Counted from the stretch's first letter, positions 36,001 to 50,133 are shown. The stretch is DNA of 64,000 nucleotides from Marsupella aquatica (GCA_973895155.1 OZ316891.1:10107875-10171874); one strand, 5' to 3'. Notes: generated by a model not told the origin, from the letters alone. Numbers and translations: made by a program.

Positions 36001-37680
36001 CCAGTGGATCGTGATAATACAACCTCTCAACACAGAGCATATGTTGAGGCAGATTTTGAGGTGAGCTCTTGTTGTTCTTCAATTTCTTCTTGTAACTTTC
36101 GGCACGAAGGATAGGTACCATAAAATCTCCTGGTTGTGATGGATTTCATGGACCTATGCTACAACGTGTTCTTTTGTCAACACGTTCTTTTGTCAGAAGA
36201 ATGCTCCCAGAACCATGTATACCTACACAAATATAACAGCCTAACCATTTTTGGTCGGAATTTATGGAGAGAGATCTGGTAAATAATTATAAATTCCCCC
36301 AGTATTACAGATCTATCTCCTTTGTCGTGAGTCAAGTAATTATCAATGACCGTGTGATTTTAGTACTGACAAGTTATCCGGAAAATCAATTCAGGTTATT
36401 CACCCAACAAATATCAGCTCTTCAAAAAGGCGGGATAGTGAATTCAAAATAAAGTTGAATGCCTTTCTAGACGGGCCTTTTCAGCTGGAGGAACTCAAGG
36501 ACCTGGAGGAGCACGCTTTTGTCCGAAAACCACTCCTGCGGTTGAGGGAAACACGTCATCGGGTTCTCCATGTTGCCACAAAAAAAGAAGGCATGTCATA
36601 CTTGGACCATCATCCTGGTATGGTTCCTAACCCGCGTCAATTTCCATACGCCATGTAACCTTTCAAATGAGCAACGTTTTCACGTTCGTCGTCATAAATG
36701 CGAATCAATATGTTCTTGGTGAGACAGATCTCGCTAGAAAGGTGGCAGATGCCGCAGCCCCGGAGGAAAGGTTGAGACTTCTACGAGGTTTCTTCTTCTG
36801 GCTTCAGGTAAATGCAGACACAAACAGGGTCACAGTCTTAGTACCATATTCTCACATTCTATGCTTTAAAACGAGAGATGTGCTTTCTATTTTCTCCCAG
36901 ATGAATTGTGTTTCTCTCAAAAGAGAATCATTTAGAGTGAAGAGATGCAGCTCGCCAATAAAAACCCTTCTCAAGTTCTTCCAAAGAGAAATTCCGATTT
37001 CATTTCTTGGCGTACACTTTGAGTAAATTGTCAAGCATAAAGTCTCGGGGACACCTGATAAGTCTTTTTGGATACTCTCTGGGATTCGTCCTGCCATGTA
37101 GCTTGTGCTGTCGAAACCTCTTCGTCGGTCGGAAGAAGTGAGTGAAAGGCCAAGAAATCTGAGCACTCAAAGTGTGGCCCAGTGAGACGGACTGAAGTAT
37201 GTTCGTATGATGTTGTTTGCAGCATTCTTGTATATCTGGATCTTTTAAGCCCTGGGCGCCAGATGTTGACGAAGTGGAAGAAAGTGATGATGATTGTGTC
37301 GAGATCCCGAAGGTGTTTGTTTAAATTCTATTGATAGCACTCACAACTTCACGTTTTGTTTTGCAAGTCATAGCAACAGTGTTCGATTGGCACAATCAAC
37401 ATTGCAGTTGACAGTGAACGTCATTAACTCAGTGGCTTGCATTTTGTAGGAAAGATTTACAAATGATGTACAGGACATGGTCCCCGAAGCAAAGTCACAC
37501 GCAGAACTAAAAGCCCATCTACCTGACCAGACCAATGTGGGAAAGATAAACACAACATACCGGACGCCTAAGACACGGGGATGGAAGAGGAAGTCTGTTT
37601 CACAGCCAACTGAGTCAACGCATGTTTCAAAACAAATCAAATTCAAAATGGAGGCCACAGTCAAGAGAGAGAGGAGATAG
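30063..37680 (+). CDS. Large multi-exon gene of unknown function; exon structure and 3' end uncertain
   Basis: Long ORFs 30063-31032 (donor GTGAGT), a short exon ~31438-31510, ~31670-34127 (about 820 aa), ~35226-36060 and ~36485-36617. Ser/Pro-rich, with two HxxxCxCxxC repeats and a basic RRRGCPKGGWPKKK motif. Confidence 0.6.
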
Positions 37681-37749
37681 GCTACAAACTTTTGTGTTGA
37701 TTGCCCTTGGCGGGATCGAAGACTCAAAGGAGATCAACAGAGATTTACT

Positions 37750-38080
37750 ATGATGAAGCCCACTGAGCTGCAGAAGAAAAATGAGCTGAAGGTGGGAATC
37801 ATATGGTTCTGGAATGTTGGCCACTTTCTGGCGCAATACGTCGTCAAGCAGGGGCACCATGTCCTGTCCTATTGTCACTCCGATTATGGCGACCTTGTAA
37901 GGGAAACAAGGGGTCAGTTACCACAGGTATATGTTTATCTCTAGAGGAGGAGCTTTGCTTTGAGAATTTTTCTTTCTATTTGAGACCTCTTTCTCTATCT
38001 CAAGGCATGTTGATGGTGCTCGAAGGGTTTCTGATGGTATTCTTTGTTCAGAGATGCAGAGGATTTTTGTGAGGATATCT
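37750..38080 (+). pseudogene. Arogenate/prephenate dehydrogenase (TyrA) N-terminal fragment
   Basis: LKVGIIWFWNVGHFLAQYVVKQGHHVLSYCHSDY matches plant ADH 'LKIAIIGFGNFGQFLA..VxQGHxVLAHSRSDY' with the Rossmann glycines mutated; the next exon RDAEDFCED is followed by stops. Confidence 0.7.
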
Positions 38081-38354
38081 GAGGCTGAAGTTGGGGGCCT
38101 GTCGGAAATCCCTAATTGGAAAGGTCAGCAGACACAGAAGGTTGCACATACATAGAAGCCTGGGGATCTACAGTAAAAACTGAAGCCTGCATGAAGGGGT
38201 ACAAGGCACATTTCTCACATTTTATCTCCAGCCTCAGCTGCACGCTTTCCCAACATCGAAAAGCTGCAAAACCCCATTGGACAGCAATTAGTCAAACTTA
38301 TTATGTGACTCTGAGAGACGTAAATTTATGAACACGTGAATAGCTGCAGGCTGC

Positions 38355-38662
38355 AGAAGGGAATTTGATGGGAGCAAGAGTCAGAAATGAATTTTGGATG
38401 CGAAGTATGAATCCTTTATAGAAGTGATTGCAGGAGCTCGACTTGGCAGTCCAGAATGCATCGTCTGTTGTCTTGCCTTTGTGTACCCATGTTAACAATT
38501 TGAATTGGAGAAGGGAATTTGATGGGAGCAAGAGTCAGATATGAATTTTGGATGCGAAGTATGAATCCTTTATACATGTCGATTGCAGAGCTAGACTTAA
38601 GCAGTCCAGAGTGCATCGTCTGTTGTCTTGCCTTTGTGTACCGATGTTGACAATTTGAATTG
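38355..38662 (+). repeat. Tandem direct duplication of ~154 bp
   Basis: agaagggaatttgatgggagcaagagtcaga...caatttgaattg occurs twice. Confidence 0.9.
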
Positions 38663-41600
38663 AACTTGTTAACAAATTTGAGGAGATCAAATGCTACAGT
38701 TGTGAAGAACTCACAAATTTGTCTTCAGGTTGTAGTGCTTGTGTTGGTCTGTCCAAAGTGGTAGCCTCTGTTTCCGGAGTCTCAAGCCTACTGTTTCCCA
38801 TATGTTTTGGTCAGCCTGCTGTTTCCCATAGTTTTCTGGTCAGACGTCACAGCGGGAAATTTCTGTCCACAACCACAGGTACGCAATAGATGACGTGCTA
38901 GAGGAAACTCTGAACTCCTTAGTCATTTAGAAAAGCAAGGTACCTGTCATCCCCTTTAACCTTTTAAACTTCGTCACGGCACAGCACTGTATAGATCAAT
39001 CGTCAGGCTTTCAGCTCGAAGGCCCTATCACATATTTTAAAGCTATCCACCAAATTTTGTGCCTGCCCATCGTCGTTTCAATCCATGTTATACCACGTCG
39101 AAGGCACTTTGTAGCTTGTAGGAACTATTTGGAAAACCCAAAAATATAAATTGAAAGTTTTTCTCTCGACCAGTCCACTCCTTGAAGCTTCCCTTTTGTA
39201 AAGAGCTTGATGCCTTCCCCCAGTTTTTATTTGTGGCTTAGATGATCTTCATCCAACGCAATGTTTTGGAAGGGTGTGTGAACGCCCTGTCCAATGCATT
39301 CACAAGACAAAAAAATATACTCTTAGCTAGTCTATAGAAAAACAAACCTAAGAAAAACCATGTGTTTGGCTTGAAGCAATTTAAAGTCCTCGTGCAAGAG
39401 CATTGTCCCAAGAAAAACTACGAGTAAAATTCCTCCCACTAGGTATTATTATGAATAAAGCCAGAGGTGGGATTTGCACAAGGTGCATAAACCTTCCTCT
39501 TATTTTGTATTTTCATTGAATGTTATGGGCCATAACACTAAACTGGTGATTTTACAAGCTAGTAATCCACTGAGTAAAATCACTAGTTTATAAAATCACT
39601 ACTTTGCAAAATAGTGATGTCCGAGGATATAAGATTGAATGTTGAGATGTCCAGTAGCCGTAACTTGAATGCTGGAGATCACATCAAACAATTCTTAATC
39701 CAACAGAATTCAATTAGTCATCCAATAAATTATTGAGGTTTATGAAAATTAATAATTTGGCACATCGAGTTAAGTATGGCTCCCTGTGTAGTGGAGGCGG
39801 ACCGAAACTGCGGTGAACATCATGTATTTCTGACAACCAGCCATTCTAAGTGTCTGGTCAAGTCCTGAACCCATCCTTGTGATAGATCAAGTAAGATGTT
39901 AGAGGGGCCTTGGTTTAGTCCTTCCCTGCCGTCCAGCCAAGCTTAGATTTCTCATTTTTCTCTTCAATTTTGGCCCCAAACTGAAAACGGACCACTAAAT
40001 CCCAAGCAGGGAATAATTATGCATGCCAGCGTCCAACGTGCTCTTCAGGATTCTCCAAAGGACAGGCACGAAAGCAGATAAGCCGACCGCGACCGTCTGT
40101 CCATCCCCTGATCCAGTTTAAAAAACAACCATTAATCCAATCATAGTACAAAAGGACCGCGCGCTCCGTTTTGCCGGCCTTCTGCTAGACCAGCATGACG
40201 CCAAGGGCAGCGGACGGAATGACTTGCCGAGCTTCGAACTCGGAACCACCCAGCTCACGTGTAGCGATGGCCAATTGGGAAGCGTATCTCCGTGTCCTCC
40301 TGGAGCACCCTTTGCCACTGATCGACGGTTGAGATCCATGCGAGCGAGGGGCTAGCACCGTCGATCTCCGCCTGCCTCTTCTGAGGCCCGATAGGACAGA
40401 CGCCTGCAGTGGAAGTCAAGGAGAAAACTAATTTAGTAAAAGACCCTCACGAAGGGGCAAAGGACGCCTGGAGAGGCACTGGATACTCTACTAGTAATCA
40501 AGTTCAAGCATATATAATAATTGATAGTAAAATATATGGGCTCATAGTGCAATAATGGACGCCTGGAGAGGCACTCTATACTTCTTTTTTTCAAGAGAGG
40601 CACTATATACTCTAGTAGTAATCAAGTTCCATATATATATATATATATATATTGGTGCATAGTGCAATAAAGTGACAATCCAGAAATGCTGGGCCAGTAA
40701 AACATTTGGGTGGTTCAGGAAATGGAGAGGAAATTCACTTCCAGACCAGGCAACCCGAAAACAATCATTTAAGGCCAAATACTTTGCTGAAATACGTCAT
40801 GCACACTACCGTAGGTGTCCAGAAAATGCCAGGAAACTACACTCAAAATACTTGTTGGAAAAATTGTAACGGCCACTTACAATTCCAGGCCATTACAATT
40901 TTTCCAGGCCAACAAGTATCCTAGTATGACCACATTGACTAAGAACAAAAACATATCAAACAGGTATGCAATATCCCAAAGGCAGGAGAGAAGGGGGAGA
41001 ACACAAGGGAACAACCCAAGAGTCCACACCAGGGCAATGCAACTGAAGCTCGTTATTTTATTTAACTTTTTTAGGCAAAGCTCTACTCAGCACTTACTAG
41101 CTGAAAAGCTTGGTATAGCTAAAACATTGAAGGCCTATTTATACAATTTTTATAATCCTATGGTCGATCTGCATTGCTAGCATCAGATAGAATATCAATA
41201 GGGTCAATGTCAGCATGAAATATTATCTTGGATCTCAGCATCTCATCAAAGGAATCCAGGGTACTTGCTGCCTTGCTAACTTTGGGTGTAAGCTCCACCT
41301 CTTTTGTACAAACTCCAATGGAAATTGGAATTGCCTCCTTAGGTAACTTTCTTCCCAAATCTGTTGTAGACATATCCATCAAAATTTCAACAGGAGTATC
41401 AGATTGCCCTGCTTTAGGTGTAGCAATAGCGCGCTCATGGGGATTAGCCAATATACAGGTTTCATCAGACTAAATGAAGAAAAATCTACAATAGGGACAA
41501 CAGCTACAGGAGTTGAAGATGAAAGACCAATATCATCAACAACATTTTCAACAATGGAGAGGAAGGTGCAGTAAATGACAGAGTTCCCAACTCTGATCGG

Positions 41601-42749
41601 GTGATAGTTTCCTTCTTCAATCGTTTAGTCATTGGAAGGAGTTGATCTCGATCACAATGTAAGAGTTCAACTAACGCTTCAACAATGTCGTGGTCAAAGA
41701 GGTGGCACAGGCTGATGGTGAATGACATTCTTCCGGCATTGATTCTCTTCAATGCTCAAACAGCCAAAACAATGATAGATATGAAAGAGAAAATGAGTTA
41801 CAGACGTAAAACTAGGAACCTGAGATAGTTGCTAGACCTGAGTATAAGTTAGCTCTTGGAGAAAGTAAACCCAATCAACCTTTAACATTCTTTCAAATGA
41901 AGCCACAACTGTAAGTGCAATAGATAGAGTAATTTTTTCAGGACTTTCCAAATATAGAATTGGATTGAGAAACTCAAAAAGGTGCCTCACCTTGAATTAG
42001 TACAATGTGCAATCTTCCATCATTCTTTCAATCTCCTTGCTTTAGGTGCAAAGTACTTATTAGCTAGGATAGAGAAATTGTCATTTGGGTCACACATTCC
42101 TTCACCAGAAGCACGAATTGTATAAACTCTCCCAATCAAAGATACATAGCATATGGAACAAGGTCCCCTGCATCTTGAGGTTTTTATTGTATATTCCCAA
42201 ATCTTGAAGCTAGGACTTTTCTTCAGTCAAAATCCCAATTGAATGACAGAAGCTAGGACAAACTGCAATGTTTAACAAACAACTTGGTTTGACTAGTGTA
42301 AATGGCTGGGACCATTTTCAAACATCTCCCATGCTGATAGCTCTCCTTGCTAAAAAAAATAGTATAGTAAAGTTCTGCACAATAGTTTAGTTGCCAGCGC
42401 CTCCACTCCAGAAAGGTTCTACATATGTACATTGTCTGCTTGCCCTTCATCAGTAATTGAATTCTGTCTCATCCATATGGAGGGCTCAATCAATGGGCGC
42501 TTGCAGCACAAATTGCTGGACCAAAAACTGATAGACAAAGTGTCCAATTTATGTCCAAGCAATCTGAAAATACTTATGGAAGGAAGACATCTTACGTGTG
42601 TTGAATCTCCCATCAAAGGTTAAACTCTACAATGCCTTAATTATGAAATCCTGAAACAGATCGATACTCCCATTCCAATCATTCTCAATCTTGCACCATT
42701 GCTTGAAGACCTGTTGTACAACAATATACAATTGTGATCCATAGACAAG

Positions 42750-43080
42750 ATGGATTTTGCTGCATTCAACCAGTGGGTTGGAGATAGAGTAGATTCTGAC
42801 CATGAGATAAACAAAGTGCTTGCTGATCACATTCTTCAATTATTGGATGAACAAGAGGGCATGGAAGAAACACAGGAAGTTTCAAATCAAAAACATGGAG
42901 GCTCTAGGGAGGGCCGGTCTCCAAATTTATTTTGTGACCATGCTGCAGGCCATGCAAGGAGTTGGGATGACTACTTCAATCTCTGCTTTAGCAACTTATC
43001 CATCTCATTTGTTTCAACGTAGATTTTGCATAAGGAAAGAAGTCTTCCTCAAAATTCATAAAACTAGAGATATTCTATAA
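42750..43080 (+). mobile_element. PIF/Harbinger transposase N-terminal fragment
   Basis: GGSREGRSPN..DHAAGHARSWDDYF then, in a shifted frame, YPSHLFQRRFCIRKEVFLKI. This matches plant PIF 'GHxRLxxDYF...YPxxxFRRRFRMRRxxFxxI'. Confidence 0.75.
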
Positions 43081-44902
43081 AACTATTTTTAGTAAAGGTA
43101 GAGGAGAAGTTTCATGAAGCATGATCCAGATTTTTACTGGCCATTATTCTCCATAGATGCACTGAAAATGACAATGATAAAAATCATGAAGGGCATTAAG
43201 AAATACCACAGTGCCTGAAAGTTTCTTCCTGAGTTGTGCCAAATAGCCCTTTGGTCAGTGATAGCTCATTGCCTGACCTGACCAATTACTAACTCTCTGT
43301 AGCTCATGTGAGCCTGCTATTAGCTCTAGTGTAAACACTGCCTATAATCCAATGGAAAAAGGTAAAATGACTGAACTATTCGTATAAGTTATTCAAATGC
43401 CCAAAATGTTTATAAAGTTAGTAAATCACCAAAAAAACCTCTCCATGTGGTTTGGCAGACCAGATTGTATCTCATATTTAAGGCAATGCTCTCAAGCTGG
43501 TGCCAGTCCCCTTGCCAGTACCGGCTGCATGACTCTCTTTCACTGGATCTTGTTACCTTGTAGTTTTGGCTGCAGGTCAGTTTAGTATCCTATCTTTTAC
43601 TGACCTGCAGAGATAGGATAGTAAAAGATAGGATAGTAAAAACTGGTTAAGAAAAACCCTTAAAATTACGATGATTGATGGTACAACATCTCCAAGCTTC
43701 ATAGTTGCAGATGATGGCTTTTGACCATAAATAATTGGCCATAGCTTTTCCACAAGGCTATGCAAGTTTTCATTCTTTTCACTAGCCTCCAAAGTGAGTT
43801 ATGGTCATTGCATATGACCAATCTTTCTGGCAAAAAGTTATATATAACTATAACTTTTTGCCATAAAGGTTTGATCATATATATATATATATATCAATTA
43901 CTGCCAATGAACGAAAAGCGCCCATCTACAGTAGGGATCCGAAAGGCAAAAGACCCAATGAAGGAAAGGCAACAAAAAAAGCCAAAAAGGCCAGGTCGAG
44001 GGGACCAAGCAATGGCCAACCACAAAATTAACGAAACTAATTTGGTATTCCATCACTTTTTCTGTCCTTAACCGAACTTACTTATTTAAAGGTCCATCAA
44101 AATTAGAGGTTTCAGACCAGCCTATTTTTTAAGTGCTAAGTTTTGCCAAATTCCACCTCCCCCAAAAATGTTCCCTACTTTTGGCTAATATTCCCTATAT
44201 TGTTTTAACACCATTAGCCACTCTTCCACCAAATCATGGACCCCATTAGCCAGAATCTAACAGTCCTCCTTAAATCTAGAAATACACTACCGTCATAATT
44301 TAATTCAGTAAAATCTAATAACAAATATTCCTAGAGTCTCCTCCCTAAGAGTAATTGGCTAAAAATAAAAAACCTTAAAAAATAGCTATTTCAGACCTCC
44401 TAGAGGACCTACAGTAGACATCCTAGTAGAGAGACAAGACGGAAGTTCTTTGGGCGTGAAAGCTGGGGGTGGAATGGTGGGACCAGTCAGCGAGGGTCAG
44501 GCCAGTAGAGAGCCACAGAAGGAGGGGGCGGGGATGCGGGGACGGGGGCGGGGACGGGGGCGGGGGCGATGGCGATGAGCTGCAGCAGCTCGAGCTCGGC
44601 CGAAAGCAATTCACACACATGAATTATCTCATCTGCGTCGCTCTGTTTGTTTGGCGAGGAGGAGGTGTTATCCAATGCCGATGACCCTTCTCTTTCTTCT
44701 CTTTTCTCTTCAGATCGTTTGGACGCGGAGATCGAGGACGTGAGGAGGGGGATATAAGTGAACTGAGATTCGGCGAAGAGAGGAGGAGAAACGAGATAAC
44801 AAGTCACGGCATTTTTGCGGTTGAGGAAAGAAGACGGGAGAGAGGAGTAGTGGAACTGAGATTTCGTCGAGAGAGAGTGGAGTGGAGTGGAGTGGAGTGG
44901 CA

Positions 44903-47900
44903 ATGGCGTGTAAGATGACGACTATGAGTGCTTCTGCTGTTGCGTCCGGGCTGTCGAGCTCCGGCGTCGCTGCGCAGAGCCAGAGCAGCAGTAATGCATC
45001 ATCAGGGGCAGCTTTCGCGAAGAAGGCGTCGGTTACTCTCGGCAATGGATTGGTGAGCTCTCTCTCCGTCTGCCCATCTCTTCGTGGCGTAGTGGGTCTT
45101 AGGGGCCGTGCGTTAATTAAAGCTGAGCTGGTTGGAGCATTCTTGCGAGCAATGTGAGATGCTCGAGAGCGAGCTGGAGGCTTCGAGCTGAGCTGTGCAA
45201 GATTGCGTCAGCTGCAGTGGGTCATTACCGTCTGGGTTTTGTGTTCGAGCTATGTATTGTACTCCCGTAGTGGGTGTTTCTGAGATTGTTGGTGACTGCT
45301 TCACTCCAGTAGTGGAGCTGAGCGTCATTAGTCCTCGAGCATTCTACTGACGGAAATGCTGCACAGAGCTGGAGCAGTTCAGTTCTCCAGATTTACATTG
45401 CACTTGTTGCATTGGGTCTTGGTGGATGTGTCTGTGTTTTGCGAGAGAAGTCTGCGCGGCAACAATGTTGGGAGAGCTCCGTTTTTTTATGTCGTTCGTC
45501 GTATGACCTTGTTTACTGCAACCATAATGGTTTTGGTTTTCTTTGTGGGTGGTGTGTGGGTGGTGTGTGGGTCGTTCGGTCAGGTTTATGAAATTCTGAC
45601 GATGTTTTCCTTTTAGACGTTGTGGGGTGATGGAGCTGACTTGGGCAAGTCGTTATTTCTCATGGTCATCACAAGAAACAGTGCTTATCCAGGCTCTGAG
45701 TTCTAAAGCTTAGTTCCGTTGGTCTGTCTTGTCGGGTTGCTCTGACTAACGAGGTTTCTCTTCAGTTGCGTTCAATGGAAAGAAATGTTTTCGTTACCTT
45801 AGATTGTGTTATGGCGATAAGTGCTGGAGGTATGTTACTAATCGAATCTGTTTCAATATGTGATTCACTGGTCCTTGCAATGGTGCTGCACTGCTGTCTC
45901 ATTTGCCGGGGTCGACTTTCATTGAGAATGTTGTCCCAGGTTGTTCCGAATTTTCGTAATGGCTGTTGATCGCGAAATGTGCACATGTTATGCAGGTTGC
46001 TCGCGAGACAGTGGCTGGCTTCCATCAGAAGAATGAGCTCAGGAGCGCTCTCACAGCCTCAAGAGTGGTCTCCAGGAGACAGGTGAGTCACAATTTTGGA
46101 GTCACTTCATCGCGGTCTTTTCATTATGGTTATCGAGTGCGTGCTGGAAGCGATCAAGGGTGGGATCTGCGCTGGGAAAGACAGTGAGACGGTATCACGA
46201 GTAGTGTAGAAACAACGTCTGTGCCCTCTTGAGATTCGGGAACTTTGGCTATCGCCTTCTGCTCAGAGACAGCTTTTGAATTGGTTTGTTCAGGCAGGAG
46301 CAACTACCGCCGGATATGCCCAGAAAGCCGAGTACATCTGGATGGATGGTCTGGAAGGGCAGAAAGGAATCAAGTTCAATGAAATGCGGGCCAAGACCAA
46401 GGTGATGCAAAAGCCTTTGCCGGCAGGGTCGATCGACTTCCCCGAGTGGTCCTTCGATGGTTCCAGGTATTGTTTCACTTCGGAACCCATCAATTGATCA
46501 CCTCCATTCGATTCCATTATTGGACAAACTGGATATGGATAATTCTCAGGCCTGGCAGGGGTTGCGCAATTCTCGAAGAATCGAATTGCGCAATTCTTTA
46601 ATCCCATACTGACATGCTAGTACTTGAAAACTGTACTGGATGAATGTTGGCCATCGAAAGAAACTGCGTGTATCTTTCAGAATATTAGTGACGCCTTGCC
46701 CCCCGTGGGCGATGCTGTCGAGTCCTACAATTGCAAATCCTGAGAGATATCCGATTCTTTGGAATGTCCAGCGAGTAGGTCTCTGATCTTCATAGTTGAG
46801 AATCTTTCTAGGCGTACCTTCTTCTTGGGCAGCACCCCTTTTTTGGGGACATGACTTGTAACTAGATTCCTGAGAGAGTTCGAAATGAACGGACCCCACC
46901 AATTCCTGCCCGATAGAGGAGTACTTGTAGTAGTGCGAGTCGTGTGCAGTCTAATTCAACCTTCAAGAAAGGACGGACACAACGTCCAAATCTTCGCCTT
47001 GTTCATCGTCATCATTAAATCCCGTAGTGAAGGGTCGAGCAGTTGGTGATCCCGTAATAGTGCAGTGAAATGGTCGCGCATTGGATGATCCTGTGGTAAT
47101 TCCGTGAAAGGGTCAAGCACTGGGTGATCCCGGAATAAATGCAGTGATGGGTCGAATATCGGGTGATCAACGGGGACAGCAGGCTTTGGAATTGCCACCC
47201 ACCGTAGAAATACGTTTCTGAAATATTTTCATGTTCCGTTTCATCCCTCTGAATTTCAGCACACCAAGGGCATGTACAGACCGAATGACGCTTGGATTTG
47301 GCCTTGGGGTAAATTTACATGAGAATGTGAGAAACAGCTGATACAGAAATGGGTATGAGATTATGAGGAGCATTCGACCTAATCAGGGAGTCCTGTCGAA
47401 AGACTCAAACGTGGAGGGAGGAGTAAAGGATGCTTTATCGGAGGATTAGGCTGGGATCGGTGTCGGCCCTCATGTGGAATGTTTGAAGTAATATCGCCCA
47501 CATTCATGAAGGGTTTAGAATCTGTCCAAACTGTTTTGAGTCCCTGAGAGGACAGATGAAATTTGTATTTCACGGACCCAATCGGTGCATCGGAGAGAGA
47601 CCAGAAACATGTAGTAAAATCTTTTCAGGGATATGACTTCCTATAGTTCCCGCCAGAGCTTTGATCAGCCACAACTGCGAGTGAGGATTGAATTTGCAAA
47701 GCATTTTTGAAATATTATTTTTGATAATTTGAAAGTCCACAAATTATCAGCCGTGAAAGGGTACATTGAACGCATAACGATGAGGAGCATGGACGAACCA
47801 AAAGATTCAGCCTTGTTGTTGGCAAGGAGAGTTTTTGAGTAAGGAGGGAGCGTCTTGAATTTCCAGGAACAGTAGCTGAACTTTGCCGTGGTGATGATGA

Positions 47901-49051
47901 ATTGTGAAAAACAGCACAGGGCAGGCGGAAGGAAACAACTCAGACTGCATTCTCAAGCCAGTCTTCTCTTGCCCCGACCCAATTCGTGGTGGCGACAGCG
48001 TACTGGTCCTCTGCGAAGTTCTGACTCCGGATGGAAAGCCGCATCCCACCAACACACGGCGCAAGGTGGTGGACCTTCTGTCCGATGAGGTCTTGGCGCA
48101 AGAAACCTTGTTCGGGTTTGAGCAGGAATATACCATGTTCGCCAAGAGCGGCCAGCCTTACGGGTGGCCCGAGAGCGGCTACCCTGCTCCCCAAGGCCCT
48201 TTCTACTGCGGTGTTGGTCTGGAAGCTGTTTACGGTAGACCCGTCGTCGAAGCTCATTTGGATGCCTGCGTCAAGGTGAGCACTCCGCCCACTTCGCTGT
48301 CTGAATGACTATTTCATGACTGCTAAAAGCAAGGAATTTACTGATATTCAATTTTTTTCTGGTTTAAGTTTTTCCTTCTGTCATAACGGCTTCTATAAAA
48401 TTCCCAGTGCATTCTCCTGTTTTTGATTTGAGCAGTGAGGATTTGATGACTTTCTGTGTCTCATGCTTATGTCGCTTATTCTGGTTAGAAGACTAACAAT
48501 TATCCCGTGAGTGGGTGTGAACAACCAAACAGGCAGGGTTGATGATCAGCGGCATCAACGCAGAAGTGATGCCCGGGCAGTGGGAGTTCCAGATCGGCCC
48601 AGCAGGGCCTCTGCAGGTGGGGGATCATGTCATGATCGCCCGTTACCTGCTCCACCGGTTAGGTGAGGACTTTGGAATCATTTCCACATTTGAGCCAAAG
48701 CCCATGCAAGGAGACTGGAATGGAGCTGGTGCCCACACCAACTATTCCACCAAAGCTATGCGAGAGGAGGGTGGAATGGAGGCCATATTGGCGGCCATTA
48801 AGAAGCTATCTATGAAGCACCCAGAGCACATTGCTGAGTATGGTATTGGTAATGAGAAGCGTCTGACAGGTAAGCATGAGACGGCCAACATGAATACCTT
48901 CAAGTACGGTGTTGCGGATCGTGGTGCTTCCATCCGAATCCCCCTCCCCGTGCAACTGGCCAACAAAGGCTACTTGGAAGACCGAAGGCCTGCAGCCAAT
49001 GTAGACCCATATGTGGTTACTAGGATGCTCATCCAAACCACATTGTGCTAA
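44903..49051 (+). CDS. Plastid-targeted glutamine synthetase, eubacterial-type GSII (GSIIB); exons 44903-45052, 45996-46082, 46294-46466, 47915-48275, 48533-49051
   Basis: [83 protein letters not shown] and [15 protein letters not shown]; Ser/Ala-rich transit peptide; GT-AG introns keep the frame. Confidence 0.95.
47018..47170. repeat. 39-bp period tandem repeat (about 4 copies) inside GS intron 3
   Basis: Units of gtgatccc...gtga..ggtcg.gca..gg. Confidence 0.8.
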
Positions 49052-49961
49052 ACTAAAGATCTGTGCTCAACCAGCTTGCTTTGCTGCCTTCCTGGTTTGA
49101 CGTACTCAACACAGATGGACAGCAGACTGGATTTGGGCCACCGTCACGTGATCCAGAGATGATTCTCAATTATGTAAAATGATGCAATGGAGGACAGGCT
49201 GAACAACCTCTCGTGGTAGTCACACAGCAGATATTAGGCTTCACAGGCTTATCAAGCAACCATCCGGAGAGACATTGCTGAAGAAAGGTTCTGAGGCAGG
49301 ACGGTTGAAGAATTTTGGAATCGAGAATGGACTGATTTGATGCATAGATGGACATAACGCTACTGTAGTGTAGTACTCAATCATTGTAGTCAAGTATTTT
49401 TATGTAGTACTGCAGGTCAGCGAGAGACGTTTGGGGAGACTCCTTTGTTGCGTAGGCTTCATTTATCAATTATCTCGACCAGACCAGCTACCATGCATTG
49501 TGGAGCAGTAAACTGATTCTTTCGTCTCTTCCTTGCCTGTCCAGTGATTTTCTTCATTCTGCAGTAGTAGTAGGAGTAGTAGTAGTCTTAGAACAGTTTC
49601 TTGTCTCAACTAATCTTTTCGAAACTTCTAGGCATCATTTTCATTCATGGTCTATCACTACAGAAGTTAACTCAAACCAAATTTGAAATTCAGAGAGATT
49701 AAAGGAATCGAGAATAACTTAAGAGCCCCATGTCGTTCTTTTATTTCCTGTGAAACTTCTGTGCACATGAACATTTACAGTATCATGTCTGCCCCACTAC
49801 CTAGACGACCTGGTTGTCACCAAGCGGGCTTCAATCACAGGAGGAAATTAGGGAGCATCATCAAAGTGCCTGATTGTAACATTGTCGCTGAATTCTACTG
49901 GGAAGTTGCCATCAGGCAAGCCGATGTGGCTGGCAAAGAAGATTTTGGCCAGGGTTCCACC

Positions 49962-50133
49962 GTGTCTGGGAATGGGCTTAATTTTTTTGCCTATGTCCAC
50001 ATGTCCACATACTCGAAGTTGATTGGTTGCAGGTAGGAAGGCTAGAGGTGTCTGGGAATGGGCTTAGTTGTGTTCCCTATGTCCACATGTCCACATACTC
50101 GAAGTTGATTGGTTGCAGGTAGGAAGGCTAGAG
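49962..50133 (+). repeat. Tandem duplication of ~86 bp
   Basis: gtgtctgggaatgggctta...ggtaggaaggctagag occurs twice. Confidence 0.9.

Noticed and set aside
47018-47170. CRISPR-like periodic repeat
   Set aside because: Eukaryotic intron, whole units are homologous with no unique spacers, and no cas genes.
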